A DNA stretch of 64,000 bases, from assembly GCF_000760515.2 (NCBI RefSeq), contig NW_013546400.1, positions 1-64,000 on the forward strand, written 5' to 3'. Source of the stretch: Mitosporidium daphniae. Its lineage: Eukaryota. Position numbers and translations under genes: made by a program. The stretch's first letter is position 1, and every line of letters begins with the position of its first letter. Shown here in pieces: positions 57,971 to 64,000 of the stretch. Under the pieces are notes generated by a model. That model did not search any database and was not told the DNA's origin. It was given only the letters and a program-made list of their open reading frames with translations.

Positions 57971-59347
57971 ATGGTACACACGTTCCAGATGGTATTTAAT
58001 GGCCTGTCGATGACCTCTTTATTTTTGACAGCCGTCATTATAATTATCTATCTTAGCAACCAAAAAAACGATTTGCTTGTTTTCACAGGAATAGTTATTT
58101 TCCTAATCCAGGGGATGATGCTTATGAGCTCCGTTTTTTATTCGAAGAACTTTTCGGACCATGAGTGTTATTCAGGCTCTTATCTTTGTATCATCCAGGC
58201 TATTTTTCTGAATTATGCAACGATTTCCCTGCATGCTCTTGTGGCNTGTATGATGTATCATACCTGGCTGCAAGTAATATCCTGGAAGCCCTCACAATAT
58301 CCATCGCCCAAGTGTGTACAGAGTGAATTGCATTTAGGAATCTCATCGGCGGGTAATGGGTTTTGTTTAAAACAATGGAAGCAAACTGCAAACTCTATCC
58401 AATTTGAGGCCAATAATAACTCTCCACAGAGCACTAAAGATGGTATCAAAGAGGACCAAAATCCCGGCGGAGTTTGGAAAAATCTCGGCAAAAGTGCTAG
58501 CCCTTATTGTGTCATTAAGAGCTTCCACTCAAAAGATCACGGAAAATTCAAGAAACCACGCCTAGGCACGTTAAACCAATATCTGTTCATCTCGTTCCTG
58601 ATTCCCGCTTTTCCAACCGTGCTACTGGTCTTTTTTATCCTTGGCTGGGGGTGCCACATGAAAACGATTGTCCAGCCATTTTCTTGCTTTTGCTATATTT
58701 CTGGAACCTTTTGGGTCAAATTTTTTACATTCATCGGTTGGTGTCTGGCCTTTTCAATACCGGGACTGGGATTTGCCTTCCATCTTCTATACAAGATGCT
58801 GTTTCTACGCGAGCAAAGCATCCAGCTCGGCAGGACCACATATCTTACCAAGGTATCGATTTCTAAGATAGCCCTTTCCACGTTTATCTATTTTCTATGT
58901 GTCTTTTCCAACCTCATCCCGCACATCTTTTTTTTCCCAAATGATCCAGAATTCCCACTTAACACATCTTTACTACCAACTTTGTCTTTAAGCGATATGA
59001 ATCCATATGCAAACAAATATCTCTGCTGGTGGATTACTCCGTGTTCTTTTAAAGATATACAAAACCCCACCCAAATGCGGCAGATGTTCATCAATAGCGA
59101 GCTTTCGTTTTTTCAGGACCCGAGATTGGCTTACTACGCATACATGCGATGCCCAACCATTTCGTCGCTGCTGCCGTCTCTGCTTGGAATTGTGTTTTTC
59201 CTGATGTTTGGATTTGGAAAACATGCTTTGTCGTTTTATTTAAAAGTCTTTATGAATGTAAAGCATGCATTTTGTCAGGCCCAAGAGGCGGTTTTGAAGT
59301 GTAACCCTTTGAAACTGTGTCGGGAAACCTTCTCAAAAAGGAGTTGA
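57971..59347 (+). CDS. Seven-transmembrane GPCR-like protein (cAMP-receptor-like/Frizzled-like)
   Basis: Seven hydrophobic segments; CIIQA at the top of TM3 and FCYI in ECL2 (disulfide pair); LLGIVFFLMFG at TM7. The N at 58246 is a GCN wobble position. Confidence 0.7.
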   Translation: MVHTFQMVFNGLSMTSLFLTAVIIIIYLSNQKNDLLVFTGIVIFLIQGMMLMSSVFYSKNFSDHECYSGSYLCIIQAIFLNYATISLHALVXCMMYHTWLQVISWKPSQYPSPKCVQSELHLGISSAGNGFCLKQWKQTANSIQFEANNNSPQSTKDGIKEDQNPGGVWKNLGKSASPYCVIKSFHSKDHGKFKKPRLGTLNQYLFISFLIPAFPTVLLVFFILGWGCHMKTIVQPFSCFCYISGTFWVKFFTFIGWCLAFSIPGLGFAFHLLYKMLFLREQSIQLGRTTYLTKVSISKIALSTFIYFLCVFSNLIPHIFFFPNDPEFPLNTSLLPTLSLSDMNPYANKYLCWWITPCSFKDIQNPTQMRQMFINSELSFFQDPRLAYYAYMRCPTISSLLPSLLGIVFFLMFGFGKHALSFYLKVFMNVKHAFCQAQEAVLKCNPLKLCRETFSKRS

Positions 59348-59525
59348 GCCTTTGTACAAAATTTACCTACAACAACAAGGGCTTACAAAACGCCATAATC
59401 TGTTTATAAATAAAATTTATTTTAACTTGCAAGCCAAACCAAACCAAACCAAAGAAAAGAAACCCAAACCGGACCCAACAACATTCAACTTCAAATTTGC
59501 AAGGTTCATTTGTAAACACAAATTT

Positions 59526-60107
59526 TCAATTCATCCGAAGTTTAAGCTCATACTCTTGGTCCGAACCAATCCAGGTGTTAGAGATGATCAAAATCTTCAG
59601 GCACAAAACATCACCAGATGTCGCCTCGCTAGGCACAGAAGCCTGCAATGTCAGTGATAATTCGGCGCTATTTTCTGCTGTTTTAGTCCAAGCCCCAAAT
59701 GGAAACCTTTTTATTGCCATGATGGACTTTTGGTATCCAACAACGGCCCAACCGCTCTCTTCATCCCTTTGAGAAAACGCTTCTTTTGGGATATTCGGGA
59801 CAAGTGCATACTTTTGCTTGCCCTCTTGGCTAGGATCCTCCTTAAGGATGGGGGTGAAATCGCCGTCGACCCATGGTCGGCTTATAGCAATTTTAATGTA
59901 TATCACATCTCCTGCAGAGCATTCATACTCGGCATCTCCATTTTGCGGGTCAAGCATAACAAAATCACACGGTTCGTTGAGCGAAATAGAGTAGGCTACG
60001 TTTAAAATAGGGTATTTCTGCGCTGCAATCGTTTGGACTCTAGTAAGGCTTTCAATGGACAATGCAGATCTCAGTTCGGCATTTTCAAGCAGTGAAGGGG
60101 GAGCCAT
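59526..60107 (-). CDS. Stand-alone Sec63/Brr2 C-terminal (Ig/FN3-like) domain protein
   Basis: YPILNV, EESGWAVVG..IMAIKR and ILIISNTWIGSDQEYEL match the end of the Sec63 unit of Brr2/Slh1-type helicases. Confidence 0.7.
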   Translation of the reverse strand: MAPPSLLENAELRSALSIESLTRVQTIAAQKYPILNVAYSISLNEPCDFVMLDPQNGDAEYECSAGDVIYIKIAISRPWVDGDFTPILKEDPSQEGKQKYALVPNIPKEAFSQRDEESGWAVVGYQKSIMAIKRFPFGAWTKTAENSAELSLTLQASVPSEATSGDVLCLKILIISNTWIGSDQEYELKLRMN

Positions 60108-60166
60108 CAAAAATTTAATAGCCACTTTAAATTGAAAATTAAAAACTACGAATTTCGCTCACTGCG

Positions 60167-61282
60167 ATGCACATTAATGAACGGCGAAAGGCAGTTTTGG
60201 GTCCTGGCGAGTCGGATCCTCTCGGTCCATATGAGGAGGAAATACGCGAAAGAAAGGGCATCTCTGCACGAGATCCAATCAACCAGACCCTATTTAGACA
60301 AATGGAACGGAAATTCAAGAAATTCTTGTCCGCTTCCTCGATTGACGACCCGTTGCCTCCAATCGTTTCCGGAAATTTATCCGATGGCGAGCTTCAACAA
60401 CAATTTAACGCATGTGTGTCTTATGTGTCTCCAAATTTGGATTCCGAATTTGCCGCTGAAGAGAGCATAATTTCGCCCAAGGTGCGAATAATTACATTTC
60501 CAGAAATCCCGGGACTGATATATGCTCCATCAATGATACGGTCAAAAAGTCAGCTGCCTTTATTGGTCTCTATAATGAAGGATGGCATGAAACCAAATTC
60601 ATCATCCAATTTGGATCTCCTATTTCAGGAGGGAGGCAGTTTGGGGACTAAAGCGAAGCCAAACGCGCTTGCTGCCATTCCAACGGAGGGGCTTTTCTCC
60701 AAGATTCTTTCACAAACATGGGAAGCCTCTGATGCATTAATTTCGCTGTTCAGGAGATATAGATGGGTTGCCTTGGGGGTACAATATGACTGGACAACCA
60801 AGGAATATTCATGGGAGGCACCGCCTTCGCCTATCCCTGCAGAATTGGCAAAGCTTTCAACGGAAATTTGTACAGTACTTGTAGGATCTTCTGGAATCAA
60901 TTACAAACCCCAGGCTGGGATTATCAATTTTTACCGCCCAGGCGATACATTGACTGGGCACGTCGATCGATCAGAGCCGGACGACCAGTCCCCACTCGTC
61001 TCCATAAGCATTGGTCTTGATTGTATTTTTCTTGTGGGCGGCCCTACCAGAGACGACTCTGTACTCCCATTTCGGCTGTCAAGTGGAGATGTTTTGCTGC
61101 TCATGAGGGAATGCCGTAGAAATTATCATGGAGTTCCATTGGTAATTCCTGGATCACTGCCACAATGCCTCAAAGCCTCTGCACTTGATGGATGTGATAT
61201 TTCCGAGGAAGAGTCCCTGGCATTACGATTAATAGATGATGCTCGCATTAACGTCAACATCAGGCAGGTTTGGCCTTCGTAG
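60167..61282 (+). CDS. ALKBH1: AlkB homolog 1 (Fe(II)/2OG dioxygenase)
   Basis: RWVALGVQYDWTTKEY, PQAGIINFY, GHVDRSE, SGDVLLL, YHGVP, RINVNIRQV. Confidence 0.93.
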   Translation: MHINERRKAVLGPGESDPLGPYEEEIRERKGISARDPINQTLFRQMERKFKKFLSASSIDDPLPPIVSGNLSDGELQQQFNACVSYVSPNLDSEFAAEESIISPKVRIITFPEIPGLIYAPSMIRSKSQLPLLVSIMKDGMKPNSSSNLDLLFQEGGSLGTKAKPNALAAIPTEGLFSKILSQTWEASDALISLFRRYRWVALGVQYDWTTKEYSWEAPPSPIPAELAKLSTEICTVLVGSSGINYKPQAGIINFYRPGDTLTGHVDRSEPDDQSPLVSISIGLDCIFLVGGPTRDDSVLPFRLSSGDVLLLMRECRRNYHGVPLVIPGSLPQCLKASALDGCDISEEESLALRLIDDARINVNIRQVWPS

Positions 61283-62976
61283 CATATCCAAGATACGTCC
61301 AACAGTAAATTTACTGTACATCACGCGAGTTCTTTTTAGTTGATTGGCAAATACATTTGACAATTTCACCCTATTCATTCTTAGCAGTTTATCAACCATT
61401 TGGCATGTTTGCTTCGTCCCCAAAAGGGGCTAGGTTGCTGCCATCAAAAAATCCATTGTCTAGTGCGAAAAAATATCATGTTGAGGGCATTTGTAAAGTA
61501 AGTTGCCAAACGACCCGTTGGGCCCGTAACATTTTAAACCGCTTGCTGCCTTGCAAAATGACGCAACATGGTATTTTTCATGGTTAAGAAAATTAAATCT
61601 TTTCAAAGTGCTCACTAGATAAATTACAAAACGTACATTGGAATCACTCTGACGATTTCTTGCGGAACCTTATAAAAACATGAAGTCTTTCGAACGTCAG
61701 CAAGATTTTTTCTTCGCTATTGGAGAGTATAATACTTTTTAAAATTTTCGTCTTCTAGGACCTTGAGCGCTTATCTTTGGTTAACAATCCAGATCCCGCT
61801 AGACCCCCAATTTCATTTTGAGGTTCAACTTTGATGGTTAAAAGGCTATTCTTTAAAGGGCTTGAAAGACCTCGGTTTTTTACGACAAAAGCTCAAGGGA
61901 GTCCGTTTAAGCATATCAAATTGCTACATTCAGATGGTTTCAAATGCGGATTGGAGCCGAGGTCTTTTCTTTGAGTCAAGTTTTAGCATTTTCGTTATGA
62001 TTGCTATGCATTTCTTGCATAAAAGGGTTACAAACGCGTGTTCTCAAATCCCAATAGTCAATGCCAACACTTTACATTTGCAAATTTTTTGGTCTTTTTC
62101 ATCTTTTCTGGAATAGAAAACCGCGGTTGAAATCCATTGGATGTAAGATCTCTGGGTTTTAGCACACGTCAGAGCACAGCAATTGATCCACTGCTTTTCT
62201 CTGGCCGAGTTCTCCAAACTTGATCACAAAATTTAATAGCAATTTTGTACACCTAAAAAAGGGCCGGAAATTCTTGACATACTTTCGGTATGTTATCAAA
62301 ACTAACAAAAGTAATCGCAAAGGCACAATATCCGTCCATAGCGATCGCAGGTGATTCTTTATGAGTATAATAATCATACCCTGGTATGTTCATAGTGTGA
62401 TGATTTCCTCACATTTTCTATTGATCGATATGTCGGTGTTCCCTTTTCTTCAGCCCTGTCCACAACTAAAAGGAGAATGGAAGGAATGAAGGCGGCTATG
62501 AAAGGGATAACGCTAACTATGGAAGGAAAAGCCAAACTCTTGGAGCCCCCATTTTTGTAGTGTTCTTCAGAAAGCTGTTTTCTTGCCTCTTATAGATGGC
62601 TTTTTACTCGGGTCTTGGCATCAAATGCAAGCCCTAAATCAAAGAATTACTGAAGGACCAATTAGCTCTGGTCAAACGGCCTGTTTATCAAAGATCCTTA
62701 AAGGATTCCATTTATCGATGTAGCAATAATACTACTGAACATGCATTATGTAGATGCTGTGAAAAATTCTCCGTGCATCTCGGGCTTCTAGTAATATCGG
62801 TTTGTTAGTCCAGCTCCTCCATCACTAAACGACATTGTTGATAGGCAAAAATATTTCAAATTAAATTTTCCAATGCCTTGTGCACATGAGGGCTTGATAA
62901 AATGGCAAGCCAGGATTTAAGCTTGCCAGTGTACTTTAGATTTGTAAAATTACAATATTTTAATTGCATCCCGATC

Positions 62977-64000
62977 ATGGAAAAAATAGAGGATATCATC
63001 CGACAATCTAACATTCTTTTCGAGGTAGGCTTGATTTTGTTTACGTCCCAGTCTGAAAACATCTCTTCAGCAATTGCATATCTTTTGGTTGCAGAGAAAC
63101 ACGCCAGACAAAACGAGCTTGCAAGTGAAAGTGCACTCATCACCAACCATATTATGTCGCTGTGCTTAAACTCGGGCGATTTTGAGCTCTACAAGTCAAC
63201 GCTAACTACGCTTTGCAAAAAAAGAGGCCAGCTCAAACAGGTACGCCATTCGCTAACTTTTAGACCATCACTTCCCTAGTGCAGCTGGCTCTAGAGCAGC
63301 ATCTGACATTAGAGCGTGACAATGGCAGGCGGGAATCGCTTATTGAAGTCCTGCGGGAAATCACCGATGGAAGAGTATCTTTTTCCCTAATCAATAGGTC
63401 TTTGTGGAGGCTGAACGTGCCAAGCTTGCCTTGTTATTAGCCCGCATTTATGAAGCCGATAAAAAGGATGTACAGGGCGCCGCCCGTATTCTCAACGAAA
63501 TTCAGGTAGCTTTTGTGTCCTATTTTTCAGATTGAGACCTTTGGCTCTCTAAACCTTCAATCAAAGCTGGAGTTTTTACTTGAGCAGATGCGGCTGACTC
63601 TTGAAATTGGCGACACGACAACGGTCCAGATTTTGTCAAAGAAGATGGCCCCTAGGGCCTTTGACGAGCATGAGGCTCTTCGAGCCCGCTACTATGACTT
63701 GCTTGCCTGCTGTAGTCTTCGGCAAGGCGAGTATCTTGCCTGTGCCCGCGCCCTCAAAATGATCTTGGAAAGTGCTGTTTCTAATTCGGAGTTACAGGAG
63801 CGCTATCCGCTTTCCGGGCTTTTGGAGAAAATCATTTGTTTTGTGGTTCTGGCCCCATACTCTCCAGAGCAACAGGATCTCTTGCTCTCCATGAGCAACG
63901 ACGAACGTGCGCAGCAATTGTCTATCCCGCTCTTCTCAATTTTGACTCTCTTTAAAGAAGAGCTGCTGATTCCATCAAGCTCCACTACACAACGTTACGG
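62977..64000 (+). CDS. RPN5: 26S proteasome lid subunit Rpn5/PSMD12 (multi-exon, 3'-truncated by window edge)
   Basis: LLVAEKHARQ, LCKKRGQLKQ, LREITDGR|VFVEAERA, Q|IETFGSL..KLEFLLEQMRL, FVVLAPYSPEQQDLL. Confidence 0.93.

Noticed and set aside
58246..58246. Ambiguous base N in the GPCR-like gene
   Set aside because: Third position of a GCN (Ala) codon; no effect on the protein.
61300..62900. Possible gene between ALKBH1 and RPN5
   Set aside because: Only short ORFs with no recognisable motif; no spliced model could be supported.

Overview
Gene-dense window from a compact, AT-leaning eukaryotic genome. It holds roughly 45 protein-coding genes, intergenic spacers often under 100 bp, and many tiny (about 22-32 nt) GT-AG spliceosomal introns that split genes across the ORF track. 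The gene set is fungal-like housekeeping and includes proteins for a genome-bearing mitochondrion (Lon, She9/Mdm33, Sam50, uL6m, TypA/BipA), a degenerate chitin deacetylase, and AAATTT/CCC-type promoter motifs. This suggests an early-diverging microsporidia relative (Rozellomycota, Mitosporidium/Paramicrosporidium-like); the assignment is inference. Not recognisable in the ORF track but recoverable from the sequence are a U4 snRNA, Sec61-beta and a six-exon thiol/halide methyltransferase that appears to need a GT-TG intron. Main oddities: a secreted repetitive coiled-coil gene interrupted twice by the same GAT-A8-G -1 frameshift, a small protein ending in a RAD51AP1-type RAD51-binding motif, Integrator/SOSS subunit INTS3, a stand-alone Brr2/Sec63-type C-terminal module, a 7TM GPCR-like protein, a tandem REEP-like membrane protein, and two long hairpin-containing introns. 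No mobile element, CRISPR array, rRNA or tRNA was recognised. Multi-exon coordinates are gene spans spliced by hand.
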